In this document: positions 27,093-39,764 of the stretch, piece by piece
Layout: the number at the start of each line of letters is the position of its first letter
Position numbering within the stretch: the first letter of the stretch is position 1
Assembly (NCBI GenBank): GCA_000320545.1
Contig: ADNK01003173.1
Span: 1-64,000, forward strand
Length of the DNA: 64,000 nt
From: Bigelowiella natans CCMP2755
Lineage: Eukaryota; Protista; Cercozoa
Direction of reading: 5' to 3'
The notes under the pieces: model-generated
What the model was told of the DNA's origin: nothing
The model's input: the letters and a program-made list of their open reading frames with translations, nothing else
Database searches by the model: none
Made by a program: the position numbers and the translations under genes

Positions 27093-27676
27093 TGTGTACA
27101 TGCATATAATATGTGTACATGTATATACATGTATAAACGTGTCTGTTTGATCGACAAGTACAACGTGCATCAGCGTTCTGCCAGCATGCTAGCATGTCAT
27201 GTAGACTTGGGGCTCTACTCACACTACACGCGTGTACTACTGATAAGCACATGAGTAGGAGAAAAGGCACACAACATTAAGGCGTCGGTGTACGTCTGTA
27301 GACTTCATGTCTGCATGGTATGAATGCAAATGTCTAACCCACGGCCTGATTCGTGCTGTTGCGGCAGCATGCGCTGAATGTCCAGACATGCACGAGACAA
27401 GGAGGAGGCTATATATTCTTACTAGCTTAGCCATGTTGTCAGCAGAGAGACTCGCTTGAGTAGCGTGTTCATTATTGCAGAGGTATGTGCATGTTACGGA
27501 CACGAGGATAACCCCCGAAATTCCTGGCCGAACATTCTGAAAGTATCAAGAACTTGCCACGTGACGAAGTACAAACAATTGTCTATTCGTTCCGCGACGA
27601 ACCTCATACACTAAGAAATAAGGCGTTTACATGTGATGCCCTATTTCCAATATTGCAGGGCAGCTGTAACACTACC

Positions 27677-28112
27677 TCATGATATCAATGACATAACAGT
27701 AGTCGTGGTGGAGGCAATCCCTAGAACCGAACCGCCGATGGCGAGCGCGAGAATGAGAACGTACTTTTGAAAATATACACGCACACACGCACAGACACAG
27801 ATTTAGGAATTTTCCAAGACTCACAACTTACGCTTACGCGCGCGCGCGCGCGCACACACACACACCCACACAGGCAGGCAGACAGACACACATTTATGCA
27901 TCTACATTTGACGACCTGTGAAAGAGGCGGGCACTCCATGTGGCCTAGTTGGATCATCTTCAAGGACAGCAAAGCCGGTAGTACAAAGCAAACGAAGGAA
28001 GACGCAGTGCTCCCCATGAGACCAAACACCTGAACATGTCAAATTCATCACAGGTACAAAACACGAAGGTATATCATTTAATGCAATACAGATATAGCAT
28101 ATTAACTAATAA

Positions 28113-28151
<39 letters not shown>

Positions 28152-29689
28152 AACATCGTCATCGTGCAATAAGCGGTGTTTTATTTTCCTTCCCCCACCA
28201 TCCACCCTGCTAACAAGTGAAGGAGGACCGTGCTGATGTCTGGGATAAACATGGAGGCGGCCAGAGCGGAGAGGCAAAGAACGCAAGTCACCGTCCCGTG
28301 AAGCATAGTAGGCATTTTGCCATCCTTGATGCCAAACACCAGCACGCCGATCGTAAAGCGGCACGGGAAGATTACCAAAGGAAAGGCCATCACCACCGTC
28401 AGCACCACCGCGACGCTCGCGAACATCATCAGAACGTCCTGCACGGCAATGCTATGACCGACGTTCGTCGAATGCATGTAGTTCTGCAGTATGTTCGGCT
28501 TCGTCGCGCTGCCGTATTCCAGGTAGCCAGCGGTCCCCATCAGGAGATAGATCGAGAAGCAAATGGCGACCGAGCGCCACGAGACCTTGCGCATGCGCTT
28601 TGGGGAGGGTTGAGCTAGCTCGTGGTACACAGAGAACACGTTGGTCTGGCAGGTGTAGGCGAAAATCATCACAGGCAAAGCCAGCAATGAACCACTGGCA
28701 TTCGTGAAGAAGACATCGTCCCTGCGCATGATCTCTTGGAGGCTGCGGTGGCTCAGCTCGACGGAGGCGTGCACGCACGCCGCAAACACCAGGTAGAAGA
28801 TGGACACCACCCCGAGGAAGCTCGTGAACCGGAGAGCGTTGACGCTATCGACCAGCGAGAGGGGGAGCATGATGAGGAAGAAGAAGGCACAGATGACCCC
28901 TTTCTGCCCAAGCAGCTGGAGAATGAACGGCATGCGCGTCAGCTCCAGGATGTCACCGACGGCGATTATGTAGGCGACGGCGCACCCGAAGCAGAACACG
29001 ATCACGCACACTTCCATCACGTATCCCATGCGATGGCCCATGAGCTGAACCGTCAGGTCCTCGTAGGAGCGCGCGCCTGTGACGTCCCGGGCCTTGATGA
29101 GGAGGTGGATCGAGAACTGGGTTGCAGCTCCTCCGACCCAAAGCAGCACGATCCCAGTGAGCAGCCTGTTTTAAAGAAAAACCCAGTTTCAAATAGTAGA
29201 AAGAAAAGAACGCGGCTCTTCCCACATGCGCAAACAACAGCACAACGCGCAGTCTTCACAGCCTTGGAACATACGCAGTGATACGCCGCACATGCATACA
29301 TCGAGGATTAGCTGGTACCCAGATTGCCGGAATGCGTAGGGCAGCGAGAGAGCACCTGCACCAAGGGTGGCGCTGCAAAGATTGAACACCGAAGCCCTAA
29401 TTGACCCCTCTCTGAATGTGCAGAGCCCGCCATATGGATCCCCCTCCAGCTGCAGCTCATCGCAGCCTTCAGCCTCCTTTTCATCAAACGTGTCGTACCT
29501 CGCCATGGGCAAGTTTGGTAAACTCTTGACCGTCCGCAGGGGTTTAATGAGGGGAGAGGTGTCCGGGTAGAAGCCGATCATCTTCACCGCAAACTCCTCC
29601 GGATCGAAGTAGCCGTCGCCTTCCTGCACCGACCGGCTCGCGTGCAGGGGGCGGCGATGGCCGCCATTTTCACTGCCCGAATCTGCCAT
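27677..29689 (-). CDS. Amino-acid transporter (Aa_trans / SLC38 / AVT-like), multi-exon
   Basis: SVFNLCSATLGAGALSLPYAF, SYEDL, LPLSL...LRFTS, FAYTCQTNVF, GYLEYG, FGLMGSTASSFVCFVLP; many TM segments. Confidence 0.92.
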
Positions 29690-30187
29690 CAAGACTGATC
29701 TCCGTCCCTTTTCCGAATATTCCCCAAAAATGGAGAAGAATGAGAGGATGAGAGTCAGAGCAGAGGAAGGGGGGGGGGGGGTCAAGCAGTCAGCATCCTC
29801 CAGCTGCTAACGGAAGTACAAGTACAGTCGTCGGCCCGCTTATTCTATACAGCAAAAATGGTTAAATCCCGCATGAAAATCTGCCCAAATCGTCCCGGCC
29901 CACGGCCACTGTGGCGACGGAAGACGGAACCAACTGCCGCTCCAAATGCAGGCCAATTTCCTTCGTGGTCGGCCCGAGTCGGGAGACATGATTTTGTACC
30001 AGGATTAAATCGGCTTGAAATTAGTCCCATTTTCGCTCTGCGACAGGATAAAAAAACCAAATTCGCTGCAAGCCTCAACTGGCCCCGGTGCTTGTTTCTG
30101 GTGTCGGCGCGTGCAAATCTCGCTTTTTACATCAGGGGTGCTCTGGAAAGGGGGGGAGGACCCGTGCGCGGTGTTTGCGGCCCCTAA

Positions 30188-30670
30188 ATGGGACAGTACT
30201 TCGGCAAGAAAGTTTTTGAGCGCGCAGTGGAAAGCAAGTTTGAGGATTTCACACTGAAAGACGTCAAGACGCACGCGCGCGTTCTGAGCGTTTATGATGG
30301 GGACACCTGCACGCTGGGCTTCAAATGGCTTGGGAAATACTTCAAAGTGAAGGTGCGCATGTACGGGTATGATTCTCCAGAAATGAGGCCTCGAAAGAAC
30401 CAGGAAAACCGAGAAGAGGAAATCAAAGCTGCAAAATTAGCTAAGGAGTATCTGATTGGCGTGACCAAGGACCAGATATTGTGGGCACATTTTCTCGACT
30501 TCGATAAGTACGGGCGCCCGCTTGTGACTCTGTACTTGAATCAATACATGTTTTGCTGCCTCGGGAATAACAAAGAAAACATCAATGAGATGATGGTAGA
30601 AAGCGGTCACGGCTACCCCTACAAAGGAGGGACGAAGAAAAAATTCGTAGCGACGGAAAAGAAGGTTTGA
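30188..30670 (+). CDS. Staphylococcal-nuclease (thermonuclease)-like protein, intronless, possible N-myristoylation
   Basis: VYDGDT, VRMYGYDSPE, DKYGR, INEMMVESGHG, YKGGTK; MG N-terminus. Confidence 0.9.
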   Translation: MGQYFGKKVFERAVESKFEDFTLKDVKTHARVLSVYDGDTCTLGFKWLGKYFKVKVRMYGYDSPEMRPRKNQENREEEIKAAKLAKEYLIGVTKDQILWAHFLDFDKYGRPLVTLYLNQYMFCCLGNNKENINEMMVESGHGYPYKGGTKKKFVATEKKV

Positions 30671-31361
30671 ACCCAAATTCAGGACGGAAAGGCTTATGCT
30701 TCACACGTCTTGACTCTTTCTCCGCTGTGCCACATAGATGTACTGTGTTTTGTACGTGAAGAAACGACTATGTAGATACGTGAGTGTGCAAAAACGTTCA
30801 TGCTACAGCTAGACAGTAGTACACTAGCACTGGCTACGCGTATACATGGATCGCAGTGCACTACCACGGATGCAATATGAAGTGTGCACACGCCTAACAA
30901 AACAAACAATGATCACATACGAGTGCACGATGGCATGAATTGAACTCGCACATGCCATCGCATCATACGCTAGCACATAGCCTATGCACATGCGCTTGCT
31001 TCAGCCCCAATTGAGGCATGTATGTGTGCGAGCTGCAACGTATCACAGCTGCCACGGCAGCGCACAGCCTGCTGTGACCTCGTAGGCGCATGGATATTCT
31101 TTCCTTGGATTTTCCTTTCTAGCTTTTATACTTTGCGTGCAAACGTAGGGCAATGTGTCGCATGTGAATGTCATGGCACACACATAAAACGCACTACAAG
31201 GTGGTAGGCGCTAGCTACAGCTGCACATCTTAACATGCAGCTGATGAGCGCATCTACATGTGTCATAGCTGTAGGGTGCTTCAATCAATGATGTCAAATC
31301 GGCTCGCTCAATGCTATATTCAATGTCTTTCTTTGCTAAAGAAATAAATGCCAAAAAAAAA

Positions 31362-34300
31362 CTAGTTAACATCAACATCTGTGGCTTGCAACGTACCTGC
31401 AGCGATTAATGTCACAAGCGCAGATGCGAGGCTTACCATTAAGCCAAAGCTGATATCGATCCCATACATCTTAAGTGTAAGCGATTGATCTCTCGCGACT
31501 CTTTCGCTCGCTGCCTCGAGTAAAAACTTCATAGTCTCCATTTTCCTGCCTTCGTCCTGGTTCGCTCCGATCCAATCGACATCCACGTTCAGAAGTCCTA
31601 CGCTCGAATCTAAATGCTTTACGATCCTTCTGACATCAGACTTCTCGTCCAGGGGTCCAGCCACTCTGTCTGGAGCTTTTGTCTCTTCTTTTACTTCTGG
31701 CTTTGTTATTGACTCCATGGTCGGCATGGCCAGTTCGTGCGAAGCATCGACCGACGCCAATCCGTGCGAAGCATCGACCGACGCCAATCTGTTGAGCTTC
31801 GGGTTGAAGAAGCCGTTTTCCAAAGCAGGCGCCTCTTCTCTGGAGTTGCCTAATTCTTTTTCATCAAAGAACTCGGTGGCCCGTTTTACCCCGATGCCAC
31901 GAGCTCGCTCTTCGTCTCTACGAGACTTTTTATGGTTAATGTTTAAATTGGATATGGATTTCCAAAGCTGCTCGCAAACGGAAAATTTGTAGGATGTCAG
32001 CACGTCGATGATAACGTCGTTCATAGAATGGTTCGCGTACGCTGCGGTATATAGGACGAGGATGGAGTATAGCGACAATAAAATAAGCAGTGCGAAGCGT
32101 ATAATCTGCTCTTTTTCGTCAAGAGCAAAGATTTGTCCATTCTCAACAACGCCAACGACAACGAGCACCACCACGACAACCAAGGGTGCAATGATTAAGT
32201 TGATGGGAAACACGGATTGTAGTTTCTCTTTCATTTGATTGAAAACGCGACGACGGATCGAAAGCCAAGCTTGTAAGTTTTGTGGGGAGTTTAATCGTAT
32301 AAAAAGTTTCAAGCCGTAACGCTTCGCAGCGGACGACGATGACATATCTCCAATCGCGGAAAATTTGTAGAGGGTATAAGCGGCCACTTTAAACCATAGA
32401 TGCACTTTAAATAGGAGCCAAGTAAGACCCAAAGAACACACGAGGAAGTAGGTCAATGCTACAATGAACCCCGATCCCCCAGGAAAGAAGCTTTGCCCCC
32501 TTCTGAGCTGTATCATACCTGGGACGCAGCCGATAATCACGCCAACCAAAAAGCAATACAACCATTTCATCCTGTCATGGAGGTTCGCATGGGTGTAAAG
32601 GACCAATGAGTACACGTCTGGCTGCCACCGTTTCTCAATCCTCGAAAACGTTTCTTTCGTAGAACCGTGAATATCTGCGAGAACGTGCGAGATAGATGAG
32701 ATCTTCTCCACAAAGGCGAATGATTCCTCGGAAAACCTGCAGTACTCAATTTGCTTCTCGAAGAGGTCAGAGGCATCTTTGACTGTGTCGCTGTCGAATT
32801 CGTAGGCTCGCGCGTCTGCCAACATGGAATGGTCCCCAAGAACAACCTGCTCGGAAACGTTCCCAACCATGAAAGCGATAACAATTGGGGTCCACGCCTC
32901 CGTGTAGGTAGCATCGGACTGAGACGTGTACTGAACGACGAGGCTGGCAATCGACACTATTGAAACCAGCAGTAAAACGAGGAAAAAAGCGGATGTCCCT
33001 CTGATCTGACAACCTTGCCTATAAAACCATGTCAAGGGAGCAGACAGCGGCGCTGTTAGCGTGTAACACAAGTTCTTCAATACGCTCCCAATGGTTGTCG
33101 TTGGAGCATTTAGAATGGGATTTCTTTCTTTAACTCTTAGGGATCTTAGTCTCGCTTTCAGCTCAGTTGCCAACTCTCTGAACCACACGCTCACTCCCTT
33201 CTTTTCCTCAGGGGAAACGTCTACATAGTCAGGAAAAGTGGAACATATTGTCTCGAGAAAGAATCCCGTGGCCTGCTGGGCATTCCTGTTCCTGACACCG
33301 TTACGCTCTAGATGCATTGCTACACAAATCATCAAGTCGTTCAAGATCTTCGCGTACTGTTTACTAGCATGCAGGTGCCTAATTCTTCTGTTGTGGTACA
33401 TAACACGATGTATGCTGTGCACAATTTGCGACTCCGGGAAACCCCGCGACGCAAACAGTTTCCGTACGATCATAAAGATACAAGCAGACTTTTCCTCATT
33501 CGCAAAAGTATTTCCTAGTATCTCCATAGCTGATCGAACATTGTTCACAACATCTACGATGAGATCCGGCTCTGCGATGCGATCGAAAAACGTATTTGAT
33601 GTTGCGACAAACTGCATGGATTGACGTATCTGCGCTTTCTTGCCTTCTGCAGCAATGCTCTTTAACCTGGTCAGTCGCTTCTTCATTTTGGTTTCACCAA
33701 TTTTTGATTCCTTTTCCATTTTAGCCTCCTTATGTTGCGTACTGAATTGCGTCTTTGAGTCGCTCCCAGGGGTATCGGCAGTCGGGGATTTTGAGTTTTT
33801 GACAGGTAACGAATTCGACGAAGGCCTAGGATTATCCTTAAGATCCAGGCCCTTTTTTGACTCTGAAGATCTGCCAACTTCAAGACGATCCAACCGTTCA
33901 ATTCGCGGAAACAACTCAGCGACCATATCGATAGCATCCGGCCTTTTTCCACGATCATGATCAAGGCATTTTCTTATTATGTTCTCCATGAATTTTAAGT
34001 CATCACCCACATGTTCCTTCAATATGCCAAACCTTTCTGAGTTCTCGAATTCGATTACCTTTTCATCTGTCTCGCGACCAGAATCTACCACTAGCTTTGG
34101 TAGGCTATCTTTGAGCTGCAACTTTCCACTTACAATAGCCTTCGTCTGCTCACGAATTGAACCAGAAACACAATAAGGTATTTTCCCCCTTGTGATCAAC
34201 TCCCACATTGTAACCCCTGTACATTATAGATATGGGAATCAATTCCTTCCTGCGTCGCCGACTAATTTTGTTTGAGGCGAAGTTAAGATGCTTCGGGGTT

Positions 34301-34366
34301 AGAAAGGAGACAAGGACAAGGAGGCAACGAAGAGTAGGTGAGAGAGGGTGGGGAAGGAGAGAAAAA

Positions 34367-34408
<42 letters not shown>

Positions 34409-35198
34409 GAGAGAATACTTTCAGACTAGACAAAAAACAGAAATTTTATGATGCAGCAAGGTAGAGTGAAAGATGGATTATCTAAGCTTTCTGGACGTGT
34501 TTATATTTCATTTTAATATTTGTTCACTCTCTACTACCGGCTGAATAAATGTCACTTCGGAACGAAAACACCCGGCTGCGTAGGGACTCTGGGGCTGTCC
34601 AAGCCCATGCTAACGGTGTCCTGCTAACGTCCTTGCCTTCTCCATTCATAATCAATCCGAAATCAGCAATTTGGACATCGAATTTATTCGTGAGCAGCAA
34701 ATTGCGGCACGCAATGTCTCGATGAATGATTCCGTTGCTATGCATCCATTGTAAACCGCAAAAGAGACCAAATATGATGCGGAAAAATAGTTTTGGATCC
34801 GTAAAATCGTAACGTCCATGTAGCTCGTCCAGACTACCCATTTCGGCAAACTCAACTAGATAGCACTGTTTGCCTTCAATCGTCTGCGTGATTCCAACGA
34901 GCTGTAAGATATTCGAATGTCCCGAGAGTTTCCTCAAGCCTGCGATTTCGGCGCTGAATTCCTTGCTAAAATTTTTATTCTTGTTAATCTTAGCAACTAG
35001 TTTGGCGCTCCCAACGGAAACTAAATACGATTCTCCAAAATTTCCCTGCCCTATCTTTCTCCAGTTTTTCATGGACTCATCTTCGAAGAATAAGGGGTTT
35101 GTATTTCCACTGTAAGCTGTAAGATCTCTTTGGGCATATAAGGGTAAGTAATTGATGTCATCCAAGTCTTCTTCCTGAGGCAATTGTTCAAAATGCAT
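31362..35198 (-). CDS. Tyrosine-kinase-like domain fused to a C-terminal 7-TM PHTF/gustatory-receptor-like domain; intron 34217-34537
   Basis: IGQGNFG, VAK, HRDIACRN, DFG, WTAPE, SDIYSAG|VTMWEL; seven hydrophobic segments in about 31362-33090 with FIRLNSPQNLQAWLSIR and LKMYGIDISFGLMVSL. Confidence 0.85.
31736..31789. repeat. In-frame 27-bp tandem duplication (LASVDASH[G/E] x2)
   Basis: CGTGCGAAGCATCGACCGACGCCAATC x2. Confidence 0.9.
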
Positions 35199-35593
35199 GT
35201 TTTATTTCCTCGAAGTGCAACAGGATGTTTTATGATTAACAAGTGTATGCGACCATACCGAGGCGAATGTTTCGTTTTTTTCCAAATCTTACAAATAGCG
35301 ATCAGATCATCATGCACTTCAACATACAAAGTTCTCTAGTTGTTGCTCTTGCTTACTTTCTTCTCCGCGTGTTCCGTGTACATAAAATCTTCCTTAACTA
35401 TTGTCTGATGGCAATTGTTCAAAAAGATGTTTTATTTCCTCGAAGTGCAATAGGATGCTTTATGATTAACAAGTGTATGCGACCATACCGAGGTGTGAAT
35501 GTTTCGGTTTTTTTCCAAATCTTACAAATAGCGATCAGATCATCATGCACTTCAACATGCAAAGTTCTCTAGTTGTTGCTCTTGCTTACTTTC
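35179..35593. repeat. ~180-bp direct duplication at the 5' end of the kinase gene
   Basis: 35179-35360 and 35410-35593 are near-identical with small indels and contain intron-like GTAAGC...AG and GTATGG...AG segments on the minus strand. Confidence 0.9.
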
Positions 35594-36053
35594 CGCTCTT
35601 GTTGAGACTTCGAAGTGGCGTCCGTTTGAATTCGCATCCCCGACGAAAGAGAGCAAAATTTGCGGCGTGGATGAATGAATGAATGGGCGGGGCAGGTTTT
35701 AGACGCCCACAGCTGCTGGACTGACTGCGCACGGCCTCAACCGAATGGAATGTTTGAGCTGTGCAGGCGATTCGCGTTGCAGTGTCGTCCCCAGACAAAG
35801 CGATAGCGTGGGGCTCTAAGCTTGCGCTAGATCTATGAGCTGATGCGAAAGGATGACGAGTTGAAGAGCGCGTCGTTACCAGGTTCCTCCTGACCGAAGG
35901 AATTCGGGAATCCTCGTAACGTCCAAACTGCTTCTCTGGGTTCAGTTTCAGTACTACTGCAACATTGATGTAGTAACTTGGGCAAAATTACCGGGGAAAA
36001 TCCTCTGTCAGTCTCTTTCTCATCATCCCCCGTAAACTTTCCTAGATTTTTTG

Positions 36054-36075
36054 TCTAGATCTAGATCTAGATCTA
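36054..36075. promoter_or_regulatory. (TCTAGA)n palindromic motif in divergent promoter
   Basis: TCTAGATCTAGATCTAGATCTA about 130 bp upstream of the cytochrome c6A ATG. Confidence 0.3.
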
Positions 36076-36207
36076 CCAGAATGATCGCCTGACGTCGCCG
36101 CCGATAGCAAGACCGGGCTGGTACCCTACCCTAACCCTACCCCGCTACGGCTGTGCGGAGAACAAGAAGCGAGGACAATAGAGCGGATACTCTTCAAAAG
36201 AGAACAG

Positions 36208-37062
36208 ATGTACCGGGAAGATATAACTATGTTGGCCAATGGATCACGAAATTGCAGGCTAAAACTCAGCGCTATTGTTGCTGGAGCGTGTTTGATGTCA
36301 TTCGCGGCACTGGTGGCCAGCGGTGTCGACCTGAGCCCTGGTCTTTCCGCAGGACCCTCGGGACCTCGAACAATATGTAGTGTACTATTTTTTTTCCCTT
36401 CTTCTCTTATCCACTTGTGAAGCTGATTTTATGCTGTAATGAAATAAAGCTCGTCGTACAATAGTCGGGGGGATTTCTTTATCCGCCTTGCGATTTGCAA
36501 GACCATCAAGGGCCGATGTGGATCAGGACACAGTCGATCTTTTTGCCACAAAGTGTGCAGGTTGTCATCAAGGTGGATCGAACATCTTCGGAGGTTATTC
36601 AATCTTTTGCTCTCCTTCTCCACGCAGTATTTTGATGTTTTTTAAATATCATGTATCCTAGGACCTACTTTGAAAAAGAAGGATCTGGAGAAAAATAACC
36701 TCTATGATCTCGAAGCCCTTGCCGAATACATTGCCAAGGGAAATAAGAAAATGCCTGGATTTGGAGAGGAGGTCCAGTATGCATAGTTCTCTGGAATATC
36801 TGCAAACCTTTACCGTTCATCGGGGCGATTTTTTTAAAAAATTGCTCTCTTAATTTACATAGTGCAAACCGAAGACTGCTTGCACATTTGGAACACGGCT
36901 CACCAGGGCTGAGCTCCAGAAGGTATTTCAGCCCTACATGTATGCTCCCATCTACACACACACTTCCTCTGATTTGACGGCCAGAACTACGCAGTTTTAT
37001 TCATATGACATGGTCAGGTTGCGGAATTCGTCCTTCAAAACGCGGAGAATGATTGGAAATAA
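36208..37062 (+). CDS. Cytochrome c6A, plastid-targeted, multi-exon
   Basis: Hydrophobic leader; FATKCAGCHQGG (CxxCH), PTLKKKDLEKN, MPGFGEE|CKPKTACTFG (two-Cys loop insertion diagnostic of c6A), VAEFVLQNAENDWK*. Confidence 0.9.
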
Positions 37063-37812
37063 TCAACTACAGATGACAATATTATTTGTATATTTTTAAA
37101 AATATTACTCAAGCAGTTTTGCTTATCATATTAATATATATATATACATATGGAATCATACGAGATGATGTAGCGCTAGCCATATTTTTATGTGGCGGGC
37201 GTGCCAGTCTAATCTAGTAATGTACGACCGGACTATGAGACGGATGCATGCGCAATGATATGACCAAATCTCTAGATGTTTTCAATTGCCATCCTAGTGT
37301 ATATAGCTGCTGTGCAAAGCCGATCTTCATGTATGTAGTTATTGCGTGCACAGCATCGCAACATCACAGCACATCGCAGCTGAAGTAGTAGCGCATGCGC
37401 GACTCGCTCTCGTAGCCCTTCTGCACTTCTAGACTTGTGCGAAACGGACATGTGCTAATGAACATAGCATTTTTTTCAATTGTCATGTCATCATGTCATT
37501 CTAACGTATATCGTACTGCAAGTCAGGCTATTTTTAAAAAAAAATCGTGTGCATTGCATACTGCATTATTATATATTATGCGTATGGCGCAGATATTATA
37601 TCAGCTGCGCACCAACCTACCTGCATGCCGTTGTTTCTCTTTTAACGATGCTGCGGGGATGTCAGCTATACGCATGTACTTTAAAGCTAGTTGTCCGTCT
37701 TTCAGTATTAATATTACATCTTCTAATGCAAATGTCACACAGGTTATTCCAAAGTTTTTCTATCCCACGGACTTCTCTCGAAGAAATAAAAGGGCCAGCA
37801 ATGCAAATTCTA

Positions 37813-39278
37813 TTACTTTCCCGCTGCACTTGCCGGTGGTTCATCATCGTCATCATCGTCATCATCGGAATCTTGCTCTTCTTTCTCCTTGAGATCCTTT
37901 GCTACCTTTACGGCTTCTTCAAGAAGTCCGGCTGGTACTCTTACGTGTTTCCTATTTCAGATTTATGAATCAATAAAATCAATAATAGTGTAACACATCA
38001 TATCACGTAATCATTACTTTTTGGACTCGTCGCACGCCCAAGTCATTTCGAGAGTGAAATCCTTGTCCTTGGATTCGTCGTGCAGCTTGTAGATGCTAAA
38101 AGCATTTCTGTGTCAGCTCTTTCCTTGCTGTACGAAAAGTTAGAAAAATAACTTACATGCGAGCGATTTCCTTCACAGCATCTCTACACTTGTAGGTTCG
38201 GAAATCGATTTTCTCGAGCTCCGATTTCGCTGCCTCTTTGTTCTTACCGACAACCGCTGCATAGTATCCCTGCAACAAATAGTAATAATTCCTATCAGCA
38301 ATCTTCTTTGTCACAAATTCAAAAAAGGCCGCTATTACATGGCACACTCCTGAGGGGTCGATTTGGTGCAGTTCTGGCTCGCCCTCTGGGTTGTAACTCC
38401 CGATAAGGACGGAGCATCCGAAGGGGCGATAGTACCAATACAGTGTGTGCAAATGCACAAATCCCCTGCACGAGCATAATTGTGAAAGCAACCGTAAGAA
38501 GCCAAACTTCTCTTCTGTATATTAGGATGACATACGCTAGTCGGTTTGCCAAAGTGCTTCCTGGTATAGCGCTCGCGTAGTAACCCTTGTAGCTTGTCGC
38601 CTCCTCGCGGCCGCGATTGACAATTTGTCGAGCATCAGCAGCGAATCCAGAAAGCGCCTGGATCATCATGAAAGTGTTAGACCTTAATGCAGCCACCAAG
38701 GAAATGTCATCAAAGATTACAATGCCATTGTGGATGCCAACGGTGTAAATCCTTCTATTGGATTCGTTGAGTATCATCCTCGACACAATTGCTTTCTCGA
38801 CTCCCAGCACAACACCATCGGCGCATCGGATACCAATTGCAGTCCTAAGGTGTGGTATTTGTGTTTTACGACAGAAACAGATGGACAAAGAAGAAGAAAG
38901 ATCAGGTTAGATGTGAGACTACCCGCTCTTTTCTATTGCCTTCGAGGCGTACTCCACTTGGAAGACTCTACCATCCGGGGAGAAAGTTGTGACGGAAAGG
39001 TCGTACTAAGGATAGCGTCATCATTCATAACAAATCAACGAGACAAGTTGGATTCTTCCTCACGCTTTCTGTATTGGAAGCAATTCCTTCCATCGCGCAT
39101 TTTTTCGCAAATGTCAATTCTCGAATCTCTGACTCTAAAAAAAAGTCGCCCCTCCCTCATACAGTGAAGTTGCATCCAAAATTTCGAGGTGCAATCGCTT
39201 AGAAGTGTGTATGCGGAGCCCCCTGAGGGGGAGTGGCTCAGAGGCACAAAAGCTCACCCCTGATCCTGTCGCGCTCAT
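37813..39278 (-). CDS. PSMA3: 20S proteasome subunit alpha type-3 (alpha7), multi-exon
   Basis: MSATGSG|YDLSVTTFSPDGRVFQVEYA, TAIGIRCADGVVLGVEK, HLHTLYWYYRPFG, AKSELEK, acidic tail. Confidence 0.95.
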
Positions 39279-39764
39279 TGCTCCTGGATTTAGATTTCAA
39301 AGTGTCCAGACTGTGCGAGAAAACTTAAGATTAAAACCAACGCTTTGTGTAGCAAATATTTTAAATATGCCGTAAGAACAAGACAAATTCTCTATTTTTT
39401 GCATGACGTACTGAATATGTGTAGTTATGAACACTTGAAAGTAGTTTTTGTATCTATTTAATAAATTCAGAACAATTTCAATACGACATGTCTTCTTTAG
39501 TCAAAATCTTCCTAAATCGCCAACAGTTTAATATTTTCTGCAGCCCATAGATGCTCCGCTGAGCTGATTGTCAGTGTTTGCGTGAGTTTTAAGATCTATA
39601 GTAGCAGTTGAAAGAAATATTTTAGTGATAATACCATGTATTTCGTAATAATTACACACACGAATGCAAATTCATGCTAAAAAAGAAGGCAACTGGAGAT
39701 TTCGATTGCACCTACGGGTCTTGAATTTTGACACTGGCACCGCATTGTGCCGAGAAAAGGAAGT

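Noticed and set aside
36123-36143. Telomere-like ACCCTACCCTAACCCTACCCC
   Set aside because: Only one perfect CCCTAA; too short to call an interstitial telomere or telo-box
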